DNA of 62,011 bases, counting the filler, from a bacterium (GTDB lineage Bacteria > JALSQH01), in assembly GCA_026985515.1 (NCBI GenBank). It is 3 parts of 3 records of this genome, joined end to end, with 100 filler letters (N's around TTAATTAATTAA, not from the genome) between each part and the next. Parts side by side here need not be neighbours in the genome. Positions count along the whole stretch, not along the records: positions 1 to 27,208 come from JALSQH010000221.1; 2 more parts are not named here. One strand, 5' to 3'. Position 1 is the stretch's first letter; the number at the start of each line of letters is the position of its first letter. Both the position numbers and the translations under genes were made by a program. Under the pieces are notes generated by a model, which saw only the letters and a program-made list of their open reading frames with translations, made no database searches and was not told the origin of the DNA. Positions 1 to 10,104 of this stretch are shown here, piece after piece.

Positions 1-180
1 TATTCGGAAAATAGCAATTTCCTCCCTCAAACAGAGGGAAAATCTGTTTCTTATATGTTTAACCATGAAGATCTGTTCCTGGGCATGATTGATTATGAGG
101 TGGAGGGTTACTTTGTAAGATTCTGGTTCTCAACTGATAGTGAAACACCCTTTTTCATTGAAGCAGGTATGAGATTATGA
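1..180 (+). CDS. 3' end of an upstream CDS, truncated by the window edge; possibly an outer-membrane protein
   Basis: Frame 1 is open from base 1 to TGA at 178-180 (...VRFWFSTDSETPFFIEAGMRL*) and has an ATGA overlap with the next gene. The C-terminal alternating pattern resembles a beta-signal. Confidence 0.55.
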   Translation, partial: YSENSNFLPQTEGKSVSYMFNHEDLFLGMIDYEVEGYFVRFWFSTDSETPFFIEAGMRL

Positions 181-2423
181 AAAGATCGCTTTTCGTGATT
201 GTGATTCTTTTAATTTTTCTGGGATGCAGAAGTGAAGTTGCTGAGAAGAAAAATGTTGCTTCGTCTCCTCCATCCTTTCTTCCCCCTGTTGTTTTATCTG
301 TTAAACTTTCATACCAGAAAGATATTGATGGTGAAACTTCGGAGTATGTTTTTACTGTGAAGTTTTCAAGGGATATGGATCATGATTCGGTGGAAAATGC
401 CCTTCATATTTTCAAACTTGTGGGAAATGTAAGTGGTGGGGTTAATGTTATTCGTAACAGCGAGGAAGTAGTAACCCCCAATTTTTCTTCACGCTATGAG
501 TGGCCCGATAACCGAACTTTGCTTGTTAGAGCTGATTTGAGGAAGGATTCAATTTATTTCCTTTTTATTTCATCCCTTGCCACAGATAAAGAGGGGAACC
601 CTCTCGATGGTAGAGTTGGTGAAGATTTTAACAATGACGGTATTCAGGAGATTTTTCCTTTTCGGAAAGGGGAGTTTGTTACCACCAACAACGATTTTCT
701 CTATTCCCCCTCTGATTTCTGGTCTCAACCCATTATCCCGGATAACATAAGGGATGTAAAGGATTACTATTATGCTTTGCCATCAGATTCATATTTAACA
801 CTGCAGAGTGTCAGGGAGCTGGAGTTGAAGGGTGATGTACCTGGCTCGGAACATTATGAATTCATGGGAAACATCATTGACCCCGCAGATGGTGCATTTT
901 CTTTCTCCTGGCCGGTTAAAGTTGATTCACTACTTGAGTTTGACTTTACCTCAAGAAGGAATTACTCCTATCCTGCTGATCTCCACTTACGAATACCTCC
1001 GGTTTTAATTGATCCCGAGACACTGAAAAATTTCCAGATTTACACTGAAGGTGCGAGATTTCTGAGCGACGCAGTTTTTGTATATAACGATGATTACGGT
1101 AAAACTGTTCCTGTTCCCCTGACGGGCAAGATTGTTTCCTTCGCAAATATTGATCCACAGGAGGTCAATCCCGATATTGATTACTGGGTTGAGGTAAATT
1201 TTGGAAAATCGATACCATCACATACTCTTGGGGGCACATATCTGGTTATTGATGGTGAAAATGAGAAGTATATTCTACCTGTTACCGACAACATAAACAA
1301 CAGAGTTAAAATCAGGCCCCTATACATTCAGGTCAGGGGAAGGAGAAATCAGTATTACAGAAGTCTTTTTGAGGTGGATGACGCAACTTTCCTGTCCGGT
1401 GAGCTTGAAGGAATGCTTGTTTATTCTGAATCTTTCGGTCACAGGGATAATGAAGTTTTCAGAATTCAGAGCAACACTGCGAGAAAATTTGTTGTTGCGA
1501 GAGTGAGTGGTAGCGGAAATAATGTTATGGATTGTACAGATCTCCAGAATGAGTATTGCAAAATCTTCATCTTCTTCGATGGTAATCATATGCATCTCAG
1601 CGGAGAGAAGGCTTACATAACTAACAATGTTTTTTATCTGAAAATCCCTTCCCTGGAAGAGGGGGTGAGATACTTTATCAGGTTGAATCCCGGTACATAT
1701 TATGATGAAATCAGGGATATATGGGGATTTCCTCTCTCTGATGAAGTTTATGATGGAGCCTACAGGGATGGAACAGGAAAAGCGGAGAATACCATAACAT
1801 TCAGCTTTGTAACGAGGTCAAAACCCATAATGTCTTATCCTCCCACCATGCTTATAAATGATGGCTCAATCTATCCCTATGCTGTTACAGGGATGAATTG
1901 TAGCGAGGGTGTGTGCCTTGACCCTGAGTCTGAGGTTTCTTTTGCTGCAAATTGTGGTGGGAAAAAGGTGGTGAGAAAAGGTTACTCCTCACTGTTTTTC
2001 AGTTTTTATACTCCCGATGGAGATAATCATAACCTTTATGGATACAACGATTTTCTTAATCCCCAGAGTGTTAATGAAGAAACAGTTAATGTTATTGGTG
2101 GGAAAAGGCCCGTTTCATATAGAGTGAAGATAGAAAGAGTTGTGGGAAGATTTGATGAATCCACTCCGGGGAAAGGTGGATATCCCACTGATCTTGTTAA
2201 GGTGACTCTTTTGCCCCGTATAGTCAGATGTGGGGATAAATATGTGGAGATACCTGTGGTGTTTCAGAAGGGTGATCTTTTAGTAATAAGTCACAGAATT
2301 GAGGCACTTACTTCCAATCCAAATAGAAAATTTGATGGGAACCGGGACGGAGTTATTGAGTACTCATCTGTTGATGATTTAAGGATGGTTTTTGATGGTG
2401 AGAAATTTGTTAAAGAAAAATAA
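177..2423 (+). CDS. Large lipoprotein with Ig-like (Big_5/SbsA-like) domains and DxNxDG Ca-binding-like motifs
   Basis: 748-aa ORF with lipobox IFLG-C. Ig-like signature VKFSRDMDHDSVENA...ATDKEGNPL; also DFNNDG and DGNRDG motifs. Confidence 0.6.
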   Translation: MKRSLFVIVILLIFLGCRSEVAEKKNVASSPPSFLPPVVLSVKLSYQKDIDGETSEYVFTVKFSRDMDHDSVENALHIFKLVGNVSGGVNVIRNSEEVVTPNFSSRYEWPDNRTLLVRADLRKDSIYFLFISSLATDKEGNPLDGRVGEDFNNDGIQEIFPFRKGEFVTTNNDFLYSPSDFWSQPIIPDNIRDVKDYYYALPSDSYLTLQSVRELELKGDVPGSEHYEFMGNIIDPADGAFSFSWPVKVDSLLEFDFTSRRNYSYPADLHLRIPPVLIDPETLKNFQIYTEGARFLSDAVFVYNDDYGKTVPVPLTGKIVSFANIDPQEVNPDIDYWVEVNFGKSIPSHTLGGTYLVIDGENEKYILPVTDNINNRVKIRPLYIQVRGRRNQYYRSLFEVDDATFLSGELEGMLVYSESFGHRDNEVFRIQSNTARKFVVARVSGSGNNVMDCTDLQNEYCKIFIFFDGNHMHLSGEKAYITNNVFYLKIPSLEEGVRYFIRLNPGTYYDEIRDIWGFPLSDEVYDGAYRDGTGKAENTITFSFVTRSKPIMSYPPTMLINDGSIYPYAVTGMNCSEGVCLDPESEVSFAANCGGKKVVRKGYSSLFFSFYTPDGDNHNLYGYNDFLNPQSVNEETVNVIGGKRPVSYRVKIERVVGRFDESTPGKGGYPTDLVKVTLLPRIVRCGDKYVEIPVVFQKGDLLVISHRIEALTSNPNRKFDGNRDGVIEYSSVDDLRMVFDGEKFVKEK

Positions 2424-3210
2424 AATTGTATATCTTATGACAGATTTTGGTGTTGATAATTTTTATGTTTCTGAGATGAAAAGTGTGATTTATTCACTTT
2501 GCAGAGAAGCAAGGATTGTGGATATAACCCACTCCATTACCCCTTTTGACGTACATGAAGCAGCTTTTTTGTTGGGTATGATATACCCGTTTTATCCAGG
2601 TGGTGGGATTTTTCTTGTTGTCGTAGATCCTGGTGTGGGCGGAGAGAGAGGCGAAATAATTGTCAGAACTCAGGAAAGATTGTTTGTGGGTCCGGACAAT
2701 GGGGTTTTCTCATATGTGTATGAAAAGGAGAAAAAATTTTCAGTTTACAGGATCAGAAGGGAGTTATTTGAGGGAGTTTCATCAACCTTTCATGGAAGGG
2801 ATATTTTTGCTCCTGTGGCTGGAAGGCTTCTGGCGGGAACTTCCCTGAGGAGCCTTGGAAGAAAGAGTGATGAATTTGTAAGATTTCAGGTTCACTATCC
2901 TGAGGTTGAAGAGCAGGAGGGAGCAGTTCTTATTCGCGGCAGAGTTATGTTTGTTGATAAATTTGGCAATCTCATATCCAACATAACTTTTTCTGATCTG
3001 AAGAGGGAGGGTGTAAAAGAAACCTACATAAGAGTTGGTCGCACAGTTATCAGGGAAATATCCCGGAGTTTCAGTGATGTACCTGCAGGTAAACCTGTTG
3101 CCTATATAGGGAGTCATGGTTACCTCGAAATTGGAGTTAATAAGGGGAATGCGCAGAGTTCACTGGGAGCAGGAAAAGGGTCCATTCTGGAAGTGGTTAT
3201 GGTCATGTAG
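2395..3210 (+). CDS. SAM hydroxide adenosyltransferase (DUF62; SAM-dependent halogenase superfamily)
   Basis: Motifs LMTDFG, IVDITH, VVDPGVG, GPDNG, STFHGRDIFAP, VDKFGN, GYLEIGVN. Confidence 0.9.
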   Translation: MVRNLLKKNKIVYLMTDFGVDNFYVSEMKSVIYSLCREARIVDITHSITPFDVHEAAFLLGMIYPFYPGGGIFLVVVDPGVGGERGEIIVRTQERLFVGPDNGVFSYVYEKEKKFSVYRIRRELFEGVSSTFHGRDIFAPVAGRLLAGTSLRSLGRKSDEFVRFQVHYPEVEEQEGAVLIRGRVMFVDKFGNLISNITFSDLKREGVKETYIRVGRTVIREISRSFSDVPAGKPVAYIGSHGYLEIGVNKGNAQSSLGAGKGSILEVVMVM

Positions 3211-3212
3211 AT

Positions 3213-4283
3213 TCACCAGAAATTTTCCTTTGCCCTCTGCATCAGGTAATGATCTATGAGAACAAGGTTGACCATAGCCTCTGCAACAGGAACTATCCTG
3301 GGACATATTACAGGATCGTGCCTCCCCTCAATGGAGATTTCCACCTCTTCACCCCTTTCATTCACACTTTTCTGTTTTTTTCTTATGGATGGGGTTGGTT
3401 TAACAGCTACCCTTATTACTATTTCTTCCCCCGTTGAAATGCCTCCCAGTATTCCTCCTGCATTGTTGCTCAGAAAAACCATTTTACCATCTTTCATACT
3501 CATCTGATCATTGTTTTCAGATCCTTTAATATCAGTTACTCCGAAACCACGACCAATTTCAATCCCTTTCACGGCTCCTATGCTCATCAAAGCCTTGGCA
3601 AGGTCAGCATCGAGTTTATCAAAAACTGGCTCCCCCAGTCCCGGAGGTAACCCTCTGACTTTAATTTCTATTTCACATCCTGTTGAATCACCCTCCCTTC
3701 TCAGCTGATCAACATATTCCATGGCTTTCTCAGCGGCTTCCGGATCACACATTCGAAGAGGGTTCTTTTCAATCTCCTCCTCAGCGAATTTTTCTGCTTT
3801 CACCGGTCCCACCTTTATTGTGTATCCTTTTGTGAATATTCCTTTGTGATTTAAAAGTTTTTTAGCAATCGCACCTCCCGCCACTCTTCCCACAGTTTCT
3901 CTTGCAGAAGCTCTTCCACCGCCTCTCCAGTCCCGTATTCCATACTTTGCCCAGTATGTAAAGTCAGCCTGGCCCGGTCTGAAAATATCTTTGATTGGTA
4001 CATATTTTGATGAGTCTACATCCACATTCCAGATAATCATTGAAATTGGTGTACCTGTTGTAACACCATTGAATACGCCGGATAGAATCTCCACTTTATC
4101 TTTCTCCCTTCTTGGTGAAACGACTCTGCTGGTACCCGGTCTTCTTCTATCAAGTTCCTTCTGAATATCCTCCTCTGATAGGGGTACTCCTGCAGGGCAA
4201 CCATCAACCACGACTCCCAGTGCCCTGCCGTGTGATTCTCCCCATGTTGTGATTCTGAATATTGTTCCAAAGGTGCTGCTCAT
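3213..4283 (-). CDS. aroC: Chorismate synthase
   Basis: [42 protein letters not shown]. Confidence 0.97.
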   Translation of the reverse strand: MSSTFGTIFRITTWGESHGRALGVVVDGCPAGVPLSEEDIQKELDRRRPGTSRVVSPRREKDKVEILSGVFNGVTTGTPISMIIWNVDVDSSKYVPIKDIFRPGQADFTYWAKYGIRDWRGGGRASARETVGRVAGGAIAKKLLNHKGIFTKGYTIKVGPVKAEKFAEEEIEKNPLRMCDPEAAEKAMEYVDQLRREGDSTGCEIEIKVRGLPPGLGEPVFDKLDADLAKALMSIGAVKGIEIGRGFGVTDIKGSENNDQMSMKDGKMVFLSNNAGGILGGISTGEEIVIRVAVKPTPSIRKKQKSVNERGEEVEISIEGRHDPVICPRIVPVAEAMVNLVLIDHYLMQRAKENFW

Positions 4284-5059
4284 TACCGGTACCTTTGTTT
4301 GTTGTAGATTATCTTTTTCAGCATTTCAATCTTTTTTGATACTTTTTCCTTCCATTTAGGATTATCTGTCAGCTGATAAAATATGACAAGCGCTTTACGG
4401 TACCTGCCAGCTGCTATGTAGTGATTGGCGAGGGAGTATTTCGCTTCAGTTTTGAACCTTTCTGGTGCAGTTTCAGTTAATTCATTCAAAATTTCCTCAC
4501 CCTTTTTTTCTTCCCCACTCTCAAAATATATGTCACTTAGCAGAAGCATTATTTTCCATCTGAGTGGTGAATTATTTAACTCCGGAATGTAATTTTCAGC
4601 TTCCCTTTTAAAATCTTCTCGATCATTTGTAAAGAGGTAAGAGTACAGGAGGTCCATAATTACTTTCCTTTTCAAATCTGGCTTCAGGTTATATTGAAGA
4701 AGATGCTTCATAAGCGGGATCACCTCTTCATATTTTCCCTTCTCAAAAAGATAATCACCCGCCTCAAAAAGTGAATCAACTGCGTAAGTTGTTCCTGGAA
4801 AATATGTGTCAACTTTCTTCAGTATTTCAATTCCATTTCTTTCATCTCCGATTTTGAAGAGGTAAATCTCCCCCAGCTGTTTTAAGGCAACTGGAGTGAT
4901 GGATGAATCAGGATAATCCTTTATGATCTTGAGGAGCATCTCTGCGGCTTTCCCGTACTTACCCTCTTGTTGAAGAGCAACGGCTCTGTTGAAGAGGTTC
5001 TCCGCAGAGGTACAGGAGAAAAAACTAATCAAAAAGATTAAGAGAAGGTTCCTCTTCAT
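4283..5059 (-). CDS. TPR-repeat lipoprotein (BamD/CpoB-like)
   Basis: Likely start ATG 5059 (MKRNLLL...FFSC lipobox), followed by helical TPR pattern (YPDS...ALKQLGEIY). Confidence 0.7.
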   Translation of the reverse strand: MKRNLLLIFLISFFSCTSAENLFNRAVALQQEGKYGKAAEMLLKIIKDYPDSSITPVALKQLGEIYLFKIGDERNGIEILKKVDTYFPGTTYAVDSLFEAGDYLFEKGKYEEVIPLMKHLLQYNLKPDLKRKVIMDLLYSYLFTNDREDFKREAENYIPELNNSPLRWKIMLLLSDIYFESGEEKKGEEILNELTETAPERFKTEAKYSLANHYIAAGRYRKALVIFYQLTDNPKWKEKVSKKIEMLKKIIYNKQRYR

Positions 5060-7472
5060 CTCCAACAACCCTGGCAATGGCTGTTACCATGTCATCGCCA
5101 TCTGTTTTAATTAACCGCACTCCCCTGGTGCTTCTTCCCTGTATGGGGATCTGGCTGACATTTAATCTCACAATACTTCCCTTACTTGTGATTATCATAA
5201 TCTGATCCCTGTCCTTTACCTGCAGATAACCGACTGCAACACTGTCACCTGGGAGTTTCATGGCTATTATACCCATTCCTCCCCTTTTCTGGACCCTGAA
5301 TTCGGAGACTTTTGTTCTCTTTCCATATCCCCTGTCTGAGACACTGAGGATGGTTGCACCCTCTCTGAGTATAACCATATTTATCACTTCGTCATCTCCT
5401 CTGAGCGAGATTCCCCTTACACCTCTGGCTTCCCGGCCCATGGGTCTTACTTCCTCGGAAGAGAAGCAGATGGAGTATCCCTTTCTTGTCCCGATAAAGA
5501 TTTTTTCATTTTTCTTTATTAGCTTGGCTGCAAAGAGGTTGTCGCCTTCTTCAAGGGTTATGGCTCTTATACCTCTTTTGATGGGATTGGAAAAGTATCG
5601 CAGGTCAGTTTTCTTTACATATCCCTTTGCTGTGGCGAAAATTATAAATGAATCATGATCAAAATCTCGTGTTGAAAGAATGGTTGCAATTTTTTCATCT
5701 GGTGCAAGATCAATGAGATTTACAATAGCCTTTCCCTGTGCAGTCCTGCTACCTTCAGGAATCTCGTAGACCTTCTTCCAGTAAACCTTCCCTTTGTTTG
5801 TGAATATTAGCAGATAATCCAGTGCATTTGCCACGAAGAGATGAGTTACAAAGTCTCCGTCTTTCTGTCCTGCACCCTGAATCCCCTTTCCTCCCCTGTT
5901 CTGATATGTTCTGAAGTGGGCAAGTTTTGTTCTCTTTATGTAACCCTTGCTGGTTATTGTAATGACCATTGGTTCATCCTGGATGGTGTCTTCAAGTTTG
6001 ATCTCCTTTATCTCTTCCATTATCTCTGTTCTTCTATCATCACCATATTTCTCTTTGATCTCTTCCAGTTCCTCTATCATGATTTTCTTTACTTCTTCTT
6101 CGTGATCAAGAATGTACTTCAGCCTTTCTATGAGTTTGAGGGTCTCTTCATAATCTTTTATTATCTTATCCCTCTCCAGATTGGTGAGTCTCTGAAGTTT
6201 CATATCGAGAATGGCCTGGGCCTGCTTCTCAGAAAGGGAAAATCTCTCAATCAATCGCTCTTTTGCAGTACCTGGATTGGGTGAACTTTTTATGAGGGCA
6301 ATAACTTCATCGATGTTTTCAACCGCTATCTTCAATCCTTCCAGTATGTGGGCTCTTTCCTCTGCCTTTGCAAGGTCAAACTGGGTTCTCCTTATTATTA
6401 CCTCTTTTCTGTGTTCAACGAAGTACTGCAGAATTTCTTTAAGATTCAGAACCTTCGGTCTACCGTATACTATTGCTGTTAAAATTATGTTAAATGAGGT
6501 TTCAAAAGCAGTTTCTTTGAAAATCCTGTTGAGGATAACCTCAGGGTTGGCACCCTTTTTCAGTTCAATTACTACTCTGATACCTTCCCTGTTTGATTCG
6601 TCTCTGAGGTCGGTAATTCCCTCTAATTTTTTTTCCTGAACAAGTTTTGCAATGTGTTCAAGTACCTTGGACTTCTCAACCTGAAAGGGAACCTCGGTGA
6701 TGACGATGGCAACCTTTTCTCCTTTTTTTCTCTCAATTTTGGCCCTCGCCCTTATTTTTATCTGTCCCTTTCCAGTCTTGTAAGCTTCTCTTATCCCTGC
6801 TGTACCGTTAATAATGCCGTATGTGGGGAAGTCGGGTCCCTTTATGTAGTTCATGAGTTCATCTATGGTAATGTCTGGATTTTTAATATAGGCTATAGTA
6901 CCATCGACCACTTCCCTCAAATTGTGTGGCGGAATGTTTGATGACATTGCCACTGCAATGCCGGTGGTACCATTGAGTAGCAGGTTGGGAATTCTGGTGG
7001 GTAAAACAAGTGGTTCCATAAGGGAACCATCATAGTTGGGAATAAAGTCAACAGTGTCTTTTTCAATGTCAGCCATCAACTCTTCAGCTATCCTGGACAT
7101 TCTCACTTCGGTGTATCTCATGGCAGCAGGAGAATCGCCATCTATTGATCCGAAATTTCCCTGTCCCTGTACAAGTGGATACCTCATGGAAAAATCCTGA
7201 GCCATTCTCACCAGTGCATCATACACAGCAGCGTCACCGTGAGGATGATATTTACCTATTACATCACCCACAACCCTTGCTGATTTTTTAAAGGGCTTTG
7301 TGCTGGTGTTACCCATTTCATACATTGCGTATAAGATTCGCCTCTGGACAGGTTTAAGTCCATCTCTTACATCCGGGAGAGCCCTACCGATGATTACGCT
7401 CATGGCATAATCAAGGTAGGATTGTTCCATCTCTTCAGTTATGTCAATGTTCAGGATTTCTCCCTGTGCCAA
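5025..7472 (-). CDS. gyrA: DNA gyrase subunit A
   Basis: [23 protein letters not shown] (catalytic Tyr), GyrA-box QNRGGKG and C-terminal beta-pinwheel repeats. Confidence 0.97.
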   Translation of the reverse strand: MAQGEILNIDITEEMEQSYLDYAMSVIIGRALPDVRDGLKPVQRRILYAMYEMGNTSTKPFKKSARVVGDVIGKYHPHGDAAVYDALVRMAQDFSMRYPLVQGQGNFGSIDGDSPAAMRYTEVRMSRIAEELMADIEKDTVDFIPNYDGSLMEPLVLPTRIPNLLLNGTTGIAVAMSSNIPPHNLREVVDGTIAYIKNPDITIDELMNYIKGPDFPTYGIINGTAGIREAYKTGKGQIKIRARAKIERKKGEKVAIVITEVPFQVEKSKVLEHIAKLVQEKKLEGITDLRDESNREGIRVVIELKKGANPEVILNRIFKETAFETSFNIILTAIVYGRPKVLNLKEILQYFVEHRKEVIIRRTQFDLAKAEERAHILEGLKIAVENIDEVIALIKSSPNPGTAKERLIERFSLSEKQAQAILDMKLQRLTNLERDKIIKDYEETLKLIERLKYILDHEEEVKKIMIEELEEIKEKYGDDRRTEIMEEIKEIKLEDTIQDEPMVITITSKGYIKRTKLAHFRTYQNRGGKGIQGAGQKDGDFVTHLFVANALDYLLIFTNKGKVYWKKVYEIPEGSRTAQGKAIVNLIDLAPDEKIATILSTRDFDHDSFIIFATAKGYVKKTDLRYFSNPIKRGIRAITLEEGDNLFAAKLIKKNEKIFIGTRKGYSICFSSEEVRPMGREARGVRGISLRGDDEVINMVILREGATILSVSDRGYGKRTKVSEFRVQKRGGMGIIAMKLPGDSVAVGYLQVKDRDQIMIITSKGSIVRLNVSQIPIQGRSTRGVRLIKTDGDDMVTAIARVVGDEEEPSLNLFD

Positions 7473-7494
7473 TTTTCCCTCCTTATTTCAGGGA

Positions 7495-7899
7495 TTAGAA
7501 TTTTACTTCTTTTTCTGTTCTGAATACGGTGCCCGTGAAAAGGGCAACGCTTGTTCCAAGCTCATCATACACTCTGACCTGATATGTGGCGAGTTTGTTG
7601 CCAAGGTTTATCTCCTCAGTTTCTGCAAAAACTGTTTTTCCCCTGGGGGGTCTGAAGTAGTTTATTGACGCGTTTATGCTGACTGCCGCTTTCCCTCTGG
7701 AGTTGGAAGCGACGGCAAAGGCAAAATCTGCAAGGGTAAAGATTGCTCCTCCATGGAGAATGTCAAGTGCATTCAGGTGCATATCTTCTATTTCCATCTT
7801 CACCTTGCAGTAACCTTCATCCACATCGACAATTTCAATTCTGGAGAAACGGGCGTACCTGTCGTTAAAAAAATAATCCCTTATTTTCTGCTTATCCAC
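7495..7899 (-). CDS. PaaI-family hotdog thioesterase
   Basis: HLNALDILHGGAIFTLADFAFAVASNS motif. Confidence 0.9.
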   Translation of the reverse strand: MDKQKIRDYFFNDRYARFSRIEIVDVDEGYCKVKMEIEDMHLNALDILHGGAIFTLADFAFAVASNSRGKAAVSINASINYFRPPRGKTVFAETEEINLGNKLATYQVRVYDELGTSVALFTGTVFRTEKEVKF

Positions 7900-7914
7900 G
7901 CCTTTATTTTATCA
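7900..7914 (-). promoter_or_regulatory. Extended -10 promoter (TGaTAAAAT) 6 nt before the GTG start; probable leaderless transcript
   Basis: Minus strand reads TG-A-TAAAAT-aaaggc-GTG. Confidence 0.5.
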
Positions 7915-7958
7915 TAAAAAGGGTGATTCGGAAAGGTTGTTGTGCTTCCCCTGCCCGG

Positions 7959-8900
7959 TCAAGGAATAAGAAACTTTACAGCCGGTCCTCTTGTCAGTGT
8001 GATTTCACATCTCTGTTTGACATCGAAGAGTTCTCCATCTATTGTGAATCCCTCAGATGTTATCATTTTTATTGTTTCAGCAACGCCTCTCAGAAACCCG
8101 ATTTTCCCCTTCACCCTGATGCTGTTGATTCTCCCCATAACTATCTGAGGCAGATATCTGAGTGTGGTCAGGAAGGGAAGGTCTGAAACAAGATAGTAGA
8201 GTCCTTCGCCTCTCAAATTGTGGAATGGGTCAACAATGGGAAAAGGTTTTGAGAGCACAGAGACTCCTGATGCCATGATCTCTTCCATAACCAGTTTGTC
8301 GTCAACCTGAAAGATGCAATCAACAGGTTCAATGAATTGCAGGTATTCTTCTTTTCTCATAAAGATTCCACCTATTATTTCGATAACTTCTTTGAATACG
8401 CCGTAGACGCCCGGTTTTCCATCTTCAAAATATTTTTTCTCCATTTTGTAGAGAATCCCATTTGCGAAGGATGCCCCATATTCATTTTTCCCCTGATAAC
8501 TTACCTTGAGAAGGTGAAGATTGGTCGATTTAATACCGTTACTTTTTAAACTACTCACAAGATCTTTAAGCGTTGCCAGGGGAGACTTGATTCTCTGTCC
8601 AATACCATTCATAATCGTGTTGGTGGCTCCTCCAGCCATTAAAAAAATATGTGGGAGAGTTTCTTCTCCAAATTTTCTTATCCAGGTTGTTACCACACGC
8701 TGAACGGTTCCATCCCCTCCGCTTATACCAAAAATTTTTATTTTCCTCTTTCTGAATTCCTCCACTGTCTCTTCCATTTCTCTGAAATCTCTGGTGTCTT
8801 TTACATATCCAGCATCACCAATTACTTTTTTCAACTTCTCTTTCGTGTAACTCCTTTTTGCATTTTTTTTCGCGTTGAGGTTGTTGATGATTCCTATCAT
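7959..8900 (-). CDS. Diacylglycerol/lipid kinase family protein (DAGK-like)
   Basis: IINN.NA, GGDGTV, MAGGATN and FTIDGE motifs. Confidence 0.8.
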   Translation of the reverse strand: MIGIINNLNAKKNAKRSYTKEKLKKVIGDAGYVKDTRDFREMEETVEEFRKRKIKIFGISGGDGTVQRVVTTWIRKFGEETLPHIFLMAGGATNTIMNGIGQRIKSPLATLKDLVSSLKSNGIKSTNLHLLKVSYQGKNEYGASFANGILYKMEKKYFEDGKPGVYGVFKEVIEIIGGIFMRKEEYLQFIEPVDCIFQVDDKLVMEEIMASGVSVLSKPFPIVDPFHNLRGEGLYYLVSDLPFLTTLRYLPQIVMGRINSIRVKGKIGFLRGVAETIKMITSEGFTIDGELFDVKQRCEITLTRGPAVKFLIP

Positions 8901-9028
8901 CCTTTCCTCCCGAATTTACATTTTAGTCATACCATATTTAAAAAGTCAAATTTTTGCATGATGAGGAATAAGTTAATTTTTGCAAATTGTTACTGAATGT
9001 ATAGAATATTTAGAAAAAGGAAAGGTCG

Positions 9029-9841
9029 ATGCATCCTGTACTTTTCAAAATCGGTCCCATTGTGATCCATACCTATGGGGTGATGGTTGCCCTGGGGTTC
9101 ATAATGGGTATGTGGTACTCTGCCAGAGAAGCGGAAAGGCTTGGCCTGGATGTGAATAAAATACTTGATCTGGCCTTCTGGGTCCTGATAGGTGGACTTA
9201 TTGGGGCAAGGTTACTCTTCATAATTACACTCTGGAAGGATTTCATGCATTACCCACTTGAGATGCTAAAGGTTTGGAAGGGTGGCCTTGTCTGGTATGG
9301 TGGGGTCATAGGAGGTGGATTGACTGCTTACTACTACATAAAAAAACACAATCTTCCCTTCTGGCCCGTCATTGACATTATTTCCACAGCCGCATTTATT
9401 GGGCTTGCCTTCGGAAGGCTCGGCTGTACCTCAGCAGGTTGCTGTCACGGGAAGGTTATCCCCTGGGCTGACCCGAAAAATCCACCCTGGTGGGCTCTCG
9501 TTTTCACTGATGACAGAAGCCTTGTTCCACTCTCAATGAGGGGAAAGCCACTTTATCCAACCCAGCCCTTGAGTTCGTTGTGTGCCTTCTGTCTCTTTTC
9601 TTTTTTACTGGTGTGGAGAAGATACAAGAAGTTTGATGGGGAATTGTTCTCTCTGGCTCTTATCATCTATTCTGTTTACAGATTTCTCATAGAATTTCTT
9701 AGAGGCGATAAGATAAGAGGATTCGTCATCCCAGGTGTGCTTTCAACATCACAATTTATCGGGATTTTCACATTTCTTGCTGGAATATATTTTTATTGGT
9801 ATCTGTGGAATAAGAACAAAAAGGAGAGTGGCAATGGGTGA
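9029..9841 (+). CDS. lgt: Prolipoprotein diacylglyceryl transferase
   Basis: MHPVLFKIG, GARL, WKGGLVWYGG, GRLGC, YPTQ, RFLIEFLRGD. Confidence 0.95.
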   Translation: MHPVLFKIGPIVIHTYGVMVALGFIMGMWYSAREAERLGLDVNKILDLAFWVLIGGLIGARLLFIITLWKDFMHYPLEMLKVWKGGLVWYGGVIGGGLTAYYYIKKHNLPFWPVIDIISTAAFIGLAFGRLGCTSAGCCHGKVIPWADPKNPPWWALVFTDDRSLVPLSMRGKPLYPTQPLSSLCAFCLFSFLLVWRRYKKFDGELFSLALIIYSVYRFLIEFLRGDKIRGFVIPGVLSTSQFIGIFTFLAGIYFYWYLWNKNKKESGNG

Positions 9842-10103
9842 GTATGGGGAACAGAGCAAATATAAAGTTGTTAACAAAATATGGCTCGATGGAATGAATA
9901 TCTGGCATGCCTACATTCAGGGAAAAGAGGAGATACTGGGAAGATTGAATGAAGTTCCCATCCCCTTTGAAGAGGGTGCTGAGTGGGAGAGTTTTGAGGG
10001 TTTCCGATTCAGAATTGAAAATCACAGAATCATCAAAATTTACGATCCCCTTGAGGAAGGGGAAACTGACGAGGAAGAACTTTTAAGGAAGTGGAAGAAA
10101 TAG
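9834..10103 (+). CDS. Small hypothetical protein (89 aa)
   Basis: ATG 9834 after AGGAG, overlapping the lgt stop and filling the gap to the convergent gene. Confidence 0.6.
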   Translation: MGEYGEQSKYKVVNKIWLDGMNIWHAYIQGKEEILGRLNEVPIPFEEGAEWESFEGFRFRIENHRIIKIYDPLEEGETDEEELLRKWKK

Positions 10104-10104
10104 G

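Noticed and set aside
2395-3210. Possible fluorinase/chlorinase
   Set aside because: The TFHGRD motif is that of the common DUF62 SAM hydrolase, not of the halogenases.
5025-7472. parC rather than gyrA; C-terminal SLNLF as a clamp-binding motif
   Set aside because: The GyrA-box QNRGGKG is present. SLNLF lacks the Gln and is constrained by overlap with the next gene.
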